A stretch of 64,000 nucleotides of DNA from Anaerolineales bacterium (GTDB lineage Bacteria; Chloroflexota; Anaerolineae; Anaerolineales; UBA4823): positions 6,490 to 70,489 of the forward strand of contig DAOTZA010000229.1 in the NCBI GenBank assembly GCA_034434515.1, given 5' to 3'. Each line of letters starts with the position of its first letter. Position 1 is the stretch's first letter. This document shows, piece by piece, positions 38,195-48,451 of the stretch. A model generated the notes under the pieces. The model searched no databases and was not told the DNA's origin. It worked only from the letters and a program-made list of their open reading frames with translations. The translations under genes and the position numbers were made by a program.

Positions 38195-39006
38195 TGGAAT
38201 TTATTTCCAGCCGCAACAACCCAAGAATTAAAGAAATTCGTTTACTAAAACAGGCAAAAGTCCGCCGTCAGAGCGGATTTTGTATTGTTGAGGGAATCTG
38301 GCATTTTATCGAAGCGGTTGAAGCATGGAAACAAGGTGCGTATGCCTCACTTGTGCGCGTTTTCTATGCGCCAAGCCTTCTGAAAAGCGAGATTGCGCTT
38401 GAAACCATTCAGGAAGTTGCTCGGCGAGGCATACCTTGCTTTAGTGTCGAGGAGGGAGTATTCCGCTCAATAGCGGAGAAAGAGAATCCACAAGGGATTC
38501 TGGCGATTGTGCGACTACGTCAACCAGCGCTAGAAGATTTGAACCCCAGAGAACTAAGCTGGATGGTTGGTTTAGTGGAGCCGCAAGATCCGGGCAATGT
38601 CGGTACAATCCTGCGAACGATGGACGCGGTGGGCGCCCAGGGTCTCTTTCTCATCGATGGCGGGGTTGATCCTTTTCATCTTGAAGTCAGCCGTGCTAGT
38701 ATGGGGGCTGTCTTCTGGATACCGACTATGCAGGTTTCTTTTCAGGAGATGATCCATTGGGCTGCGTTTAACGAAATCACAATCTATGGCACATCTGCCC
38801 ATGCGACCAAGCTTTATAACGAAATCCTTCGGTTTGATAGACCTTGTATATTGTTGCTGGGGAACGAACGGCATGGATTGACGGAACCTCAACGTCAGGC
38901 CTGTCACGAATTGTTGAGACTACCCATGAGTGGGAGAGTATCTTCTCTGAATCTTGCGGTTGCGGCAGGAGTGATGCTCTACTACATGCAACAAAAGCTG
39001 AGCTAG
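38194..39006 (+). CDS. TrmH/SpoU family RNA methyltransferase
   Basis: QDPGNVGTILRT, RASMGA, GNERHGL and SLNLAVA. TGATG coupling to the kinase gene. Confidence 0.92.
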   Translation: MEFISSRNNPRIKEIRLLKQAKVRRQSGFCIVEGIWHFIEAVEAWKQGAYASLVRVFYAPSLLKSEIALETIQEVARRGIPCFSVEEGVFRSIAEKENPQGILAIVRLRQPALEDLNPRELSWMVGLVEPQDPGNVGTILRTMDAVGAQGLFLIDGGVDPFHLEVSRASMGAVFWIPTMQVSFQEMIHWAAFNEITIYGTSAHATKLYNEILRFDRPCILLLGNERHGLTEPQRQACHELLRLPMSGRVSSLNLAVAAGVMLYYMQQKLS

Positions 39007-39010
39007 GAAA

Positions 39011-40432
39011 ATGGATTTATTTGATCATGCAGTGCAAGAGGCTTTGAGAGCAGAAGCTCCGTTAGCTGCGCGCATGCGCCCGCGCACCCTCGATGAGTTT
39101 GTTGGCCAAGAGGAAATCCTTGGGCGGGGGAGATTACTGCGCCGTTCCATAGAAGCTGATCGTTTGTTCTCCTCCATAATCTTATGGGGTCCCCCGGGCA
39201 GTGGGAAAACAACTCTGGCAATGATCATTGCCAATCAAACCAAATCTCATTTTGAGACCTTATCTGCAGTTTTGGCCGGTAAAGCAGAGCTAAAAGAGGT
39301 AATTGAAAAAGCATTGGAGCGACGCAAACTTTACCGTCGGCGCACCATCCTGTTTGTCGATGAGGTTCATCGTTGGAACAAGGCTCAACAGGATGCGCTA
39401 TTACCCCATATTGAAAATGGGACGGTTATTTTCATTGGGGCGACCACCGAAAATCCTTATTTTGAAGTGATTAGCGCTTTAGTCTCCCGCTCCCGTGTCT
39501 TCCAACTGCGTCCCTTAGAAAATCATCATATTCAAACAATTCTCGAAAGAGCTTTGAAAGACCCTGAGCGAGGATATGGTAAGCGATCGGTGATGATCAC
39601 CCAGGATGCCCTTGAACATCTGGTGCGCGTTGCCGGAGGAGATGCTCGCAACGCTTTGAATGCTTTGGAATTAGCAGTGGAAAGTACCCCGCCCGATGAA
39701 AAGGGAGTGATTACGGTTACTTACGAGATTGCCCAAGAGTCAATTCAACGCAGAGCTGTCTTATATGATAAAGACGGAGACGCGCATTACGACACTATTT
39801 CAGCCTTTATTAAATCGGTGCGCGGGTCAGACCCAGACGCCGCCTTATATTGGTTAGCCAAAATGCTTTATGCTGGCGAAGAGCCACGTTTTATCCTGCG
39901 TCGCTTGATTATCTTAGCTGGCGAAGATATTGGGCTGGCCGATCCGCTTGGGTTGGTGGTAGCAACCTCGGCGGCTCAAGCATTTGATTATATCGGTATG
40001 CCAGAAGGAATTTATCCCCTGGTCGAAGCGACCCTGTATCTGGCAACTGCGCCAAAGTCAAACACCACAACTGCCTATTTCAAAGCTTTCCAATGCATTG
40101 AACAGGAAGGCGTTCAACCTGTGCCACAGCACCTGCAGGATGACTCCCGCGACCGCCAGGTTTTGGGACATGGTGTAGGATATCGTTACCCGCATGAATC
40201 TCCCGATCATTTTCTGCCCCAACAATACTTGCCGAAAACCCTACTCGGAACGATTTTTTATCATCCCTCCCAACAAGGGTACGAAGCTGTGGTGAGGGAG
40301 CGTTTGGAAAGCTGGCGGAAAGCGCAACGCGAAGCCTTAGGAATCCAGGAAGTCAAAGAAATCCCAGAACTCAACCCGGAGGAAATTCGTGAAATCAAGA
40401 CCAGGCATAAATCCGGCGGGAGAATAGATTAG
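39011..40432 (+). CDS. rarA: Replication-associated recombination protein A (RarA/MgsA)
   Basis: PLAARMRP, GPPGSGKT, FVDEVHR, ATTENP, YDTISAFIKSVRGSD and PKSN. Confidence 0.95.
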   Translation: MDLFDHAVQEALRAEAPLAARMRPRTLDEFVGQEEILGRGRLLRRSIEADRLFSSIILWGPPGSGKTTLAMIIANQTKSHFETLSAVLAGKAELKEVIEKALERRKLYRRRTILFVDEVHRWNKAQQDALLPHIENGTVIFIGATTENPYFEVISALVSRSRVFQLRPLENHHIQTILERALKDPERGYGKRSVMITQDALEHLVRVAGGDARNALNALELAVESTPPDEKGVITVTYEIAQESIQRRAVLYDKDGDAHYDTISAFIKSVRGSDPDAALYWLAKMLYAGEEPRFILRRLIILAGEDIGLADPLGLVVATSAAQAFDYIGMPEGIYPLVEATLYLATAPKSNTTTAYFKAFQCIEQEGVQPVPQHLQDDSRDRQVLGHGVGYRYPHESPDHFLPQQYLPKTLLGTIFYHPSQQGYEAVVRERLESWRKAQREALGIQEVKEIPELNPEEIREIKTRHKSGGRID

Positions 40433-40434
40433 AG

Positions 40435-41055
40435 ATGCCAATGATTTTATTGGTGCGTCATGCAGAAAATGACTATACGCGCAAAGGTCGCCTGGCAGGG
40501 CGATTGTCGGCGGTGCATCTCAATCAACGCGGGCGAGAACAGGCTCAGGCTTTAGCCCAATGCTTGAAAAATGCCCCTCTAAAAGCTATTTACAGCAGTC
40601 CTCTCGAACGGGCAGTGGAGACAGCAGAACCGCTGGCGCAGACCCATCAGTTGGAAGTGAGAATCCATAGCGGGTTGATTGAATTAGACTATGGAGAATG
40701 GCAGGGAAAGTCTTTAAAGGGATTGCGTCGTTTGAAGTCCTGGAGGATCGTGCAGCATATGCCCTCCCTGATGCAGTTTCCCCAGGGAGAGATGATCCTT
40801 GAAGCGCAATATCGAATAACCCAAGCGCTTCACGAGATCGCAAATCAGTATGGAGAGGGCGACTGGGTGGTGTGTGTCTCTCATGCTGATCCGATCAAAC
40901 TTGCCATTGCTCACTTCTTAGGGATGCCTCTAGATGCTTACCAGCGTCTTAGTGTTGGTTTGGCGTCAATTAACGCTATTCATCTTGACCACCACAGCGT
41001 TCGCCTGGTGGCATTAAACTACTCTCCAACCCTGTTGGATGTTCCAGAGAAATGA
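40435..41055 (+). CDS. Histidine phosphatase family (MSMEG_4193-like putative phosphomutase)
   Basis: LVRHAEN, SSPLERA, ELDYGEWQG and SHAD.IK. Lies near the DUF3090/SCO1664 genes. Confidence 0.85.
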   Translation: MPMILLVRHAENDYTRKGRLAGRLSAVHLNQRGREQAQALAQCLKNAPLKAIYSSPLERAVETAEPLAQTHQLEVRIHSGLIELDYGEWQGKSLKGLRRLKSWRIVQHMPSLMQFPQGEMILEAQYRITQALHEIANQYGEGDWVVCVSHADPIKLAIAHFLGMPLDAYQRLSVGLASINAIHLDHHSVRLVALNYSPTLLDVPEK

Positions 41056-41065
41056 ACCTCCCTGC

Positions 41066-41947
41066 CTAGATGTCGATCCCGAAAACTTGCCGAATGATCA
41101 AACCCAGCGCAAAGGAAAAGGTAGCTACGCCAAGACTAATGATGGTCATCTCGATGAAACGCTTTGAAAAGGAAAAATCCTTGGCAATTGATATGTAGTA
41201 GTTGAAGATAGCGATGATCAGGATGGCAATCATTAAAGCAGCAGCTAGGGCAATTAGGTAGTTGTTGAGAATAAAGTACGGCAACACAAGCAGGGTAACC
41301 GTCAAAATATAAGCAAGTCCTGTGTAGATGGCGGATTTTAAGGGGTCTTGCTCTCCTGCCTCCGCTTTTGTGGAGAGATATTCCGAGGCAGCCATGGAGA
41401 AAGAGGCCGAAATGCCGGTTATCAATGCCGCCAAGGCAATAATTGAAGTTTTTTGAAAAGCAAAAGTGAACCCTGCCAGCGCGCCGGTTAATTCAACCAA
41501 AGCATCGTTTAATCCCAAAACAACCGAGCCAGCGTATTTCAGGCTTTCCTCATCGATCATATTAAGGAGTTGATTCTCGTGTACTTCCTCCTCCTGCAGT
41601 ACTTTTTCGATCTCCAGGATTTGGGTGAGATGATGGCGATAGTCATCTTGAGCTTTCTCTTCACTTTTTTCCATCAGTTTGACGCCAAAGGTTAAACCGA
41701 ACAGTTTGGCGATCCAGAAGTAGAGGTGTACTTTCATCCAGTTTGGCTGGACATCGGTCTGAGTATAGCGTTTCCAAGTTGAGTAATGCACCATCTCCTG
41801 ATGGGCAATTTTTTGCAGCAATTGACGATTTGATTCGTCTTTGACAATTGAGGCAAGCTTTAGATAAGTGTGGTAACTGTCAATTTCATCCTGCTGAAGG
41901 ACTTGTAAATCTTTGGTCAATTGTGGGCTTAAGTTGATAGCCTTCAT
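41066..41947 (-). CDS. Ferritin/rubrerythrin-like domain + VIT1/CCC1 membrane domain (MbfA-like iron exporter)
   Basis: Diiron ligands E...EMVH and E...EEVH, plus VIT1 motifs VLGLNDALVE and SMAASEYL. Confidence 0.85.
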   Translation of the reverse strand: MKAINLSPQLTKDLQVLQQDEIDSYHTYLKLASIVKDESNRQLLQKIAHQEMVHYSTWKRYTQTDVQPNWMKVHLYFWIAKLFGLTFGVKLMEKSEEKAQDDYRHHLTQILEIEKVLQEEEVHENQLLNMIDEESLKYAGSVVLGLNDALVELTGALAGFTFAFQKTSIIALAALITGISASFSMAASEYLSTKAEAGEQDPLKSAIYTGLAYILTVTLLVLPYFILNNYLIALAAALMIAILIIAIFNYYISIAKDFSFSKRFIEMTIISLGVATFSFALGLIIRQVFGIDI

Positions 41948-42057
41948 GGTTGCTCCGTCCTAATTAGTCATCTGATGTTGAGTGGTATTATAACCAAGAT
42001 AAAGAGAAATGTTGTCTCCTTAAAGAGCTCCATCCGTTATAGAGAGAGCTTTCAATC

Positions 42058-42066
42058 TGGTATACT
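42058..42066 (+). promoter_or_regulatory. Extended -10 element for DUF3090-SCO1664-hom
   Basis: TGGTATACT lies 46 nt before ATG 42113, with SD AGGAG in between. Confidence 0.5.
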
Positions 42067-42112
42067 AGAGATAACCATTCTATCCTAGCTTTACTCCCTT
42101 CAGGAGTTTCTC

Positions 42113-42640
42113 ATGCCAGCACAGGAAATCGATTTACGCCCGGTAACTCATATCACAACTGATGCGATCGGTAAACCAGGCCAGCGAGTGTTTTATATTC
42201 AAGGATCTCAGGGTGAGAAACGGATCACGTTAATTGTTGAAAAAATTCAGATCCAAAGTCTGGCGATTGGTTTTGAGCAGTTTCTAGAAGAAATCTACCG
42301 TAAGTTCCCCCACTTACCGCAGACTCCCGCTGATTATGACGAGAATCAAATGCACATTCAACCGCCAGTGGATCCACTCTTCCGGGTAGGTGAGATGGGA
42401 TTGGGGTACGACGCAGAAAACGATTTGATTGTTCTCGTGGCTCGCGAGCTGGTTGCTGAGGACGCCGAGAACGTCGAGCCATCGGTGGTACGCTTTTGGT
42501 GCACACGTGCCCAAATGCGTGCCATGTGTCAGTGGGCAGTTGAAGTTGCTTCGCGGGGAAGGCCGATTTGTCCCCAATGTGGTCAGCCCATGGATCCAGA
42601 AGGGCATTTTTGTCCCAAGAAAAACGGGCATCAGCATTAA
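42113..42640 (+). CDS. DUF3090 family protein
   Basis: ITTDAIGKPGQRVFYIQ...EKIQ...FRVGEMGL...GRPICPQCGQPMDPEGHFCP..NGH. Confidence 0.87.
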   Translation: MPAQEIDLRPVTHITTDAIGKPGQRVFYIQGSQGEKRITLIVEKIQIQSLAIGFEQFLEEIYRKFPHLPQTPADYDENQMHIQPPVDPLFRVGEMGLGYDAENDLIVLVARELVAEDAENVEPSVVRFWCTRAQMRAMCQWAVEVASRGRPICPQCGQPMDPEGHFCPKKNGHQH

Positions 42641-42646
42641 GTAAGC

Positions 42647-43375
42647 ATGGTTTCTCTTGATCACGAAGTTTTGTTGAATATTCTGCAAAACGGCAAATTA
42701 CAATTAGAGGGAGAATTTTTGTGGGGGTCGAATTCCACCTTTTATGTAACGATTAGCCTGAATGATGGTGTTTGGAAAGCGGTTTATAAGCCGGTACGAG
42801 GCGAACGCCCTCTGTGGGATTTTCCGCCTCATACACTCGCCAAACGAGAAGTGGCTGCTTATCTGGTGAGTCAAGCCCTGGGTTGGGAATTGGTACCGCC
42901 AACGGTTTTTCGCAAGAATGGTCCTTTTGGAGCGGGATCAATCCAGTTGTATATCGATCATGATCCAGAATATCATTTTTTTGCATTTACCCCTCAAGAC
43001 CGCCAACGCCTGCGGCCGGTTGTGACGTTTGATCTCGTGGTAAACAATGCCGATCGGAAAGGCAGTCATGTTGTCGTTGATCGTCAGGGACATATCTGGT
43101 GCATTGATCATGGCATCTGTTTCCATGAACAAGAGAAACTTCGCACTGTGCTTTGGGATTTTGCCGGTGAATTTATTCCCCAAGACCTGGTCCAAGACTT
43201 AGTACGCTTGGATCAGGAATTGCAAACCGAGGTGGCTTGGGTTAAAGAATTGCGATCCTACCTTTCCAATGCCGAAATTGCTGCCATGCAACGACGGATT
43301 AATGCCTTAGTCCAGAACCCTGTCTTTCCAGCCCCGCCGGAGGATCGTCGTCCGTATCCCTGGCCACCGATCTAA
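42647..43375 (+). CDS. SCO1664 family protein (PI3/PI4-kinase-like fold)
   Basis: GSN, AVYKP..GERPLWDFP, REVAAY, NNADRKG.H, IDHG and LRTVLW. Confidence 0.87.
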   Translation: MVSLDHEVLLNILQNGKLQLEGEFLWGSNSTFYVTISLNDGVWKAVYKPVRGERPLWDFPPHTLAKREVAAYLVSQALGWELVPPTVFRKNGPFGAGSIQLYIDHDPEYHFFAFTPQDRQRLRPVVTFDLVVNNADRKGSHVVVDRQGHIWCIDHGICFHEQEKLRTVLWDFAGEFIPQDLVQDLVRLDQELQTEVAWVKELRSYLSNAEIAAMQRRINALVQNPVFPAPPEDRRPYPWPPI

Positions 43376-43388
43376 GCAAGAGGTTGAA

Positions 43389-44420
43389 ATGAGGTTGAGA
43401 AATGTTAATGTTGCTTTGGTGGGTTTTGGAAATGTCGGACAGGCTCTGGCACGATTGTTTCTGCGCAAAGAAATTGAGCTAGCTGAGCGAACTGGCATCA
43501 AGGTCACGGTTAGCGGCATTGCTACAGGCCGACATGGCATGGCTTTTGACCCAGATGGACTTGACATCCAGCGAGCTCTACAGCTTGTAACTCGAAATCA
43601 ACCTCTGGATAGCCTTTCTAAACGAACCTGTCAGGATTTGGAGGTTTTTCTTCATTCCTGTCAGGCAGAGGTTCTTTTTGAGAGCATTCCGGTTAATTAT
43701 CAAGATGGTCAACCCGCGCTGGACATTCTGAGGAGAGCCCTATCTTTGGGAATGCATGTCATAACTGCAAATAAAGGGCCAGTCGTTCATGGTTATTTTG
43801 AGTTAAGCCGCATTGCCAGAGAAAAAGGTCGGAAGTTTTTGTTTGAGTCGACGGTAATGGATGGCACGCCGATTTTTTCCTTGTTTCGACATTGTCTCCC
43901 AGCAGTTAATTTAAAGAGTATCTCTGGAATTCTTAATTCGACCACCAATTTCATCTTGACCCGCATGGAGGAGGGGGAAAGCTTCGGTAAGGCGTTACAA
44001 ATGGCTCAGGACATCGGCATCGCCGAGACAGATCCCAGCGGAGATATTGATGGGTGGGACGCGGCCATCAAGCTAGCTGCGTTAGCAACCGTTTTAATGG
44101 ACATCCCCCTCAAACCTCAAGAGGTTGAGCGCAACGGTATCCGTGAATTAAATCTGGAAAAGATTCAGGCCGCGATTGAACAGGGTAAACGCTGGAAGCT
44201 GGTTTGCCGCGCTACCAGAAATGGTTCAAAAATTCGGGCAAAAGTTACTCCAGAATTGGTCTCGGCGGATTCTCCGATGTATAATGTTAATGGCACGTCC
44301 AGCGTCGTCCAGTTTGAAACCGACACTTTAGGCATCCTGACCATCATCGAACAAGATCCCTCCCCCGACACCACTGCCTATGGACTGTTTGCCGATTTTA
44401 TCCATGCCATAAACCCGTGA
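43389..44420 (+). CDS. hom: Homoserine dehydrogenase (no ACT domain)
   Basis: GFGNVG, TANKGP, FESTVMDGTP, GILNSTTN and ETDPSGDIDGWD. Confidence 0.88.
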   Translation: MRLRNVNVALVGFGNVGQALARLFLRKEIELAERTGIKVTVSGIATGRHGMAFDPDGLDIQRALQLVTRNQPLDSLSKRTCQDLEVFLHSCQAEVLFESIPVNYQDGQPALDILRRALSLGMHVITANKGPVVHGYFELSRIAREKGRKFLFESTVMDGTPIFSLFRHCLPAVNLKSISGILNSTTNFILTRMEEGESFGKALQMAQDIGIAETDPSGDIDGWDAAIKLAALATVLMDIPLKPQEVERNGIRELNLEKIQAAIEQGKRWKLVCRATRNGSKIRAKVTPELVSADSPMYNVNGTSSVVQFETDTLGILTIIEQDPSPDTTAYGLFADFIHAINP

Positions 44421-44442
44421 TTTTGTCCAAAGGAGGGGACGG

Positions 44443-45414
44443 ATGAAAATCCTTGAATCCGGAAGCGGCAAATTAATCCAACCGCCAGATATTGACGCTT
44501 TCCGAGAGTGGAATCGTCAGAAAAGCAAGGAACTGGTGGACAAACGGATGAGTGAAGCGGAAGCGGTGAGCCGCTTTATTCACAATGGCGATTACATTGG
44601 CACCGAGCTTTATGGCACGGTGCGTTGTCCCATGTCGTTAGTCAGGGAAATTATCCGCCAGGGTAAAAAGAATTTGCGTTTAGCCGGACAGGGGGTGATG
44701 GAACTGGATATGTTGTTGGCAGCCCATACGGTCAAGGAAATCGACATTACTTATGTCGGGCTCGAAGTGTATGGTGTTTCAAACGGCTTGCGCCGTGAAG
44801 TTGAAAGCGGGCGGGTAGAGACGGTTGTAGATTGGAGTAATGCCAGTATTGCCTGGCGATTTAAGGCGGCCGCAATGGGGGTTCCTTTTATCCCTGTTCG
44901 CTCCAATCTGGGGACTGATACGCTCAAGCACAGTGCTGCAAAAGTCGTCGAATGTCCTTTTACGGGCAAACCAATCTGTTTATTGCCGGCCTTAATTTTG
45001 GATGTGGGCTTAATCCATGTTCATCGCGCAGACAAGTACGGAAACGCTCAGATCGAGGGCATTAGTGGCTTTGCCGCCGAAATGGCTCGAGCGTCGAAGA
45101 GACTTATTATTAGCGCTGAAGAAATCATTGACGAAGAAGAAATTAGGCGCTATCCTAATCGCACGATGATTCCGTATTATTTGGTGGATGCAGTTGTCCA
45201 TGCACCTTTTGGTTCTCATCCAGGAGAAATGTGTTATGTTTACCGCCGGGATGAAGAAAAAATTCGGGAATGGGTGGAAGCAGCCAAAACTGAAGAAACC
45301 ACCCTGGCGTATTTCCAGAAATATATTTTCGATGTTCCACATCATCAGGCTTATTTAGACTTGATTGGAAGAGAGCATCTGGAGAGCTTAAGGCATTCGG
45401 GGAGGGCAGATTGA
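44443..45414 (+). CDS. CoA-transferase subunit A (glutaconate CoA-transferase family)
   Basis: RFKAAAMGVPFIP, GTD, LIHVHRADKYGN and APFGSHP. Confidence 0.87.
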   Translation: MKILESGSGKLIQPPDIDAFREWNRQKSKELVDKRMSEAEAVSRFIHNGDYIGTELYGTVRCPMSLVREIIRQGKKNLRLAGQGVMELDMLLAAHTVKEIDITYVGLEVYGVSNGLRREVESGRVETVVDWSNASIAWRFKAAAMGVPFIPVRSNLGTDTLKHSAAKVVECPFTGKPICLLPALILDVGLIHVHRADKYGNAQIEGISGFAAEMARASKRLIISAEEIIDEEEIRRYPNRTMIPYYLVDAVVHAPFGSHPGEMCYVYRRDEEKIREWVEAAKTEETTLAYFQKYIFDVPHHQAYLDLIGREHLESLRHSGRAD

Positions 45415-45415
45415 A

Positions 45416-46183
45416 ATGAGCGAATTAGAGTACAATCCGACCGAATTGTTAATTTGCACGGCGGCGCGGATGATGCCGGACAAGACGACGGCTTTTATTG
45501 GCACCGGAATCCCCTTACTGGCAGCCGCTTTGGCGCAACGAATGCATGCGCCGAATTTGGTGCCGATCTTTGAATTTGGCGGCACAGGGGCCATTTTGGA
45601 ACGGATTCCGATCGCTGTGGGAGAGGAAAATACCTTTCATCGCGCTGTTGCGGCTTCGGGAATTTGTGATATTGTCGAAACCGCGCAACGGGGTTTTATT
45701 GAATTCGGATTCCTTGGAGGAGCGCAAATCGATCGCTATGGCAATTTGAACAGTACGGTAATTGGTGATTATCATCATCCAAAAGTGCGCTTGCCGGGCA
45801 GTGGTGGAGCAAACGATGTCGGGTCGCATTGTTGGAAAACGATTATTATTATGCGTCACGACCGTAAACGATTTGTCGAAAAAGTGGATTTTATTACCAC
45901 ACCAGGCTATCTGGATGGACCAGGCAGCAGGGAGCGAGCTGGATTGCCTCCGAATACCGGACCGTATCGAGTGGTCACGAACCTGGCTGTGTTGGGTTTT
46001 CATCCGGCGACCAAAGAAATGATGTTGCTGGCGACACAGCCGGGTATCTCGACGGAGCAAGTGATCGCCGAGACTGGTTTTGAGCTGTTGTTAGCCGAAA
46101 CAATAGAAGAAAATCCCCCTCCAACCAACGAAGAACTGCGCATCCTGCGTGAAGAAGTGGATAAAGAGCATTTTTATATTTAG
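45416..46183 (+). CDS. CoA-transferase subunit B (glutaconate CoA-transferase family)
   Basis: IGTGIP, IFEFG (catalytic E), FLGGAQIDRYGN, RLPGSGGAND and VDFITTPG. Confidence 0.87.
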   Translation: MSELEYNPTELLICTAARMMPDKTTAFIGTGIPLLAAALAQRMHAPNLVPIFEFGGTGAILERIPIAVGEENTFHRAVAASGICDIVETAQRGFIEFGFLGGAQIDRYGNLNSTVIGDYHHPKVRLPGSGGANDVGSHCWKTIIIMRHDRKRFVEKVDFITTPGYLDGPGSRERAGLPPNTGPYRVVTNLAVLGFHPATKEMMLLATQPGISTEQVIAETGFELLLAETIEENPPPTNEELRILREEVDKEHFYI

Positions 46184-46207
46184 AGGGTTTCTCTCATCAC
46201 TACGGAC

Positions 46208-47185
46208 CTATAAAGGCAACCACACCCCTAGACCCATTTCCTTTGCCTTTTGATAGATGGTTGGCGCAACTGCCATATCATCCATAGCTAAACCCAGATT
46301 CATGGCCATGCTGCGCTCGGTTGGGGACTGGCGACCAGGTTTTTTACCGGCGACAATTTCTCCGAGGTCAGCATACGGCTGGGGAGTTTCTTTGAAATAA
46401 CCAAGGGTGCGGTAGTATTCCATTTGGGCTAAGTCGTCAGTAGTGAATTTGTCAATTTGTTGCAGTGCTTCACCTTTCCAGTAAGAATCGAAGTCCAAAG
46501 CAGTAGCAAAGGCGCCGGGTTGTAACCAGTCTTTTTCAATTGTTGGCGATGGATTTTTTAGAATCGGGCCGGCGGTGACCACAATCTCGCTTTGGATGAC
46601 GACTTCCCTGGGGTGAGTGGCTGGCACAAACTCGATTTTGGGGAATTTTGCGCCCATTTCGGCGATAAATTTCTCCTGAGCGGAAGGGAGAATGTCATAA
46701 GCGTAAAGACGTTCAATCGGAAACATCGTGGTCATTGCCTCGGTATGAGTGCGCCCTTGCACACCGCAGCCGATGATTCCAAGCGTTTTTGAGTCTGGAC
46801 GAGCAAGGTACTTCGCTGAAAGCGCCGAAGCGGCCCCTGTGCGATAGGCAGTGATCCAGGTGCAATCCATCACGGCATAAGGAAGACCGCTTTCCTCATC
46901 GTTGAGTATCAGCAAACCGGAAATGTAAGGCAGCCCTCTTTTGGGATTATCCGGGTAACCGCTAACCCATTTGATGCCTGCCGAATGAAGGGAAGGGATA
47001 TAGGCTGGCATGGCGTGAATAAAGGAGTTTGGTCGGGTATGAATGCCGGGTTTGGGAGGCAGTTCGACTTTCCCTTCGCCTTTTTCACGGAATGCTTTTT
47101 CTAGCAAATCGATAATCGTAGGAATGTCCAGGGCGACTTTTTCAACGTCCTGACGGGAGAGATATAGTAAAGATAAGTTGCTCAT
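46208..47185 (-). CDS. Ornithine cyclodeaminase/mu-crystallin family protein
   Basis: HAMPA, GIKWVS, ITAYRTGA, IIGCGVQG and GLAMDD. SD AGGAGG precedes the start at 47185. Confidence 0.88.
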   Translation of the reverse strand: MSNLSLLYLSRQDVEKVALDIPTIIDLLEKAFREKGEGKVELPPKPGIHTRPNSFIHAMPAYIPSLHSAGIKWVSGYPDNPKRGLPYISGLLILNDEESGLPYAVMDCTWITAYRTGAASALSAKYLARPDSKTLGIIGCGVQGRTHTEAMTTMFPIERLYAYDILPSAQEKFIAEMGAKFPKIEFVPATHPREVVIQSEIVVTAGPILKNPSPTIEKDWLQPGAFATALDFDSYWKGEALQQIDKFTTDDLAQMEYYRTLGYFKETPQPYADLGEIVAGKKPGRQSPTERSMAMNLGLAMDDMAVAPTIYQKAKEMGLGVWLPL

Positions 47186-47204
47186 ATCTTTGCCTCCTGT
47201 TTTT

Positions 47205-48431
47205 CTACGAATCATAAAGCCATTCTACAATAGTGGCTTCTCCCTGTCCAACACCAACGCATAAGGTTGCCAGCCCATAAAATGGTCTTTTAGCGGTTGG
47301 GGCGCGCCGGCGCATTTCATGTAGCAGAGTGGTCATGATTCGTGCACCGGAGCAGCCCAAGGGATGCCCTAATGCAATAGCGCCGCCGTTGACGTTTGTG
47401 ATTTCGTGGGTGAGACCTAATTCCTGCATTACCACCAGTGCCTGGACGGCAAAAGCCTCATTAAGCTCGATAAGTTGAATGTCTTGAATGGACAACCTAG
47501 CGCGTTGGAGTGCTTTTTGGGTGGCAGGAACCGGCCCAATGCCCATGATTCGCGGCGACACTCCGGCAGCGGCGCTGGCAACAATGCGCGCCATGGGCTT
47601 TAGTCCTAATTCAGTCGCTTTTTCTCTACTGGCGAGCAGCAGGGCAGCAGCGCCGTCGTTTAATCCAGAGGAGTTGCCGGCTGTCACGGTGCCATTAGGC
47701 CGAAAAGCTGGTTTTAGGCGCGCCAGGGATTCCATTGATGTATCCCGCCGCGGGCGCTCATCCGTGTCGACCCAAATTGGCTCTCCTTTCGGTTGGGGTA
47801 CCGGGACGGGAGCAATTTCCTCAGCAAACTTTCCGTTATCGATGGCGGCAATGGCACGTTGATGGCTGGACAGAGCAAAAGCATCTTGCCTTTCGCGGGT
47901 GATCTCTGGATATTGTTCAGCCAAGTTTTCAGCGGTTTCCCCCATCGATTCGATTCCGTAAAGGGATTGTATCTTGGGATTTGGATAACGCCAACCTAAG
48001 GCGGTATCCCAGGCGGTTAGATTGCCAAACGCGAAAGGGCGTTCGGCTTTGGGAATGGAATAAGGAGCGCGGGACATGCTCTCCACGCCTCCAGCGATAA
48101 AGACCTCACCCTCGCCACTTTTGATCGCCCGGGCAGCTTGATTGATGGCATTTAATCCGCTTGCGCATAGCCGATTGATTGTTACTCCTGCGACATGCAC
48201 CGGGAAGCCAGCTAATAACAGCGCCATGCGGGCTATGTTACGATTGTCCTCCCCAGCTTGATTGGCGCAACCCAGGTAGACTTCCTCGACAAGAGAGGGA
48301 TCAATTTGCGTTCGTTCAACGAGCGCCTGCAGGATGTGAGCTGCAAGGTCATCTGGCCGTACGGTAGCCAGGACGCCTCCTAGAGCTCCAATCGGGGTGC
48401 GCACTGCATCGATAATGACAGCTTCAGGCAT
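47205..48431 (-). CDS. Thiolase (acetyl-CoA C-acyltransferase, PaaJ/PcaF-like)
   Basis: [26 protein letters not shown] and CVGVGQG. Confidence 0.92.
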   Translation of the reverse strand: MPEAVIIDAVRTPIGALGGVLATVRPDDLAAHILQALVERTQIDPSLVEEVYLGCANQAGEDNRNIARMALLLAGFPVHVAGVTINRLCASGLNAINQAARAIKSGEGEVFIAGGVESMSRAPYSIPKAERPFAFGNLTAWDTALGWRYPNPKIQSLYGIESMGETAENLAEQYPEITRERQDAFALSSHQRAIAAIDNGKFAEEIAPVPVPQPKGEPIWVDTDERPRRDTSMESLARLKPAFRPNGTVTAGNSSGLNDGAAALLLASREKATELGLKPMARIVASAAAGVSPRIMGIGPVPATQKALQRARLSIQDIQLIELNEAFAVQALVVMQELGLTHEITNVNGGAIALGHPLGCSGARIMTTLLHEMRRRAPTAKRPFYGLATLCVGVGQGEATIVEWLYDS

Positions 48432-48451
48432 GATAGACCTTCTCCTTTCGT

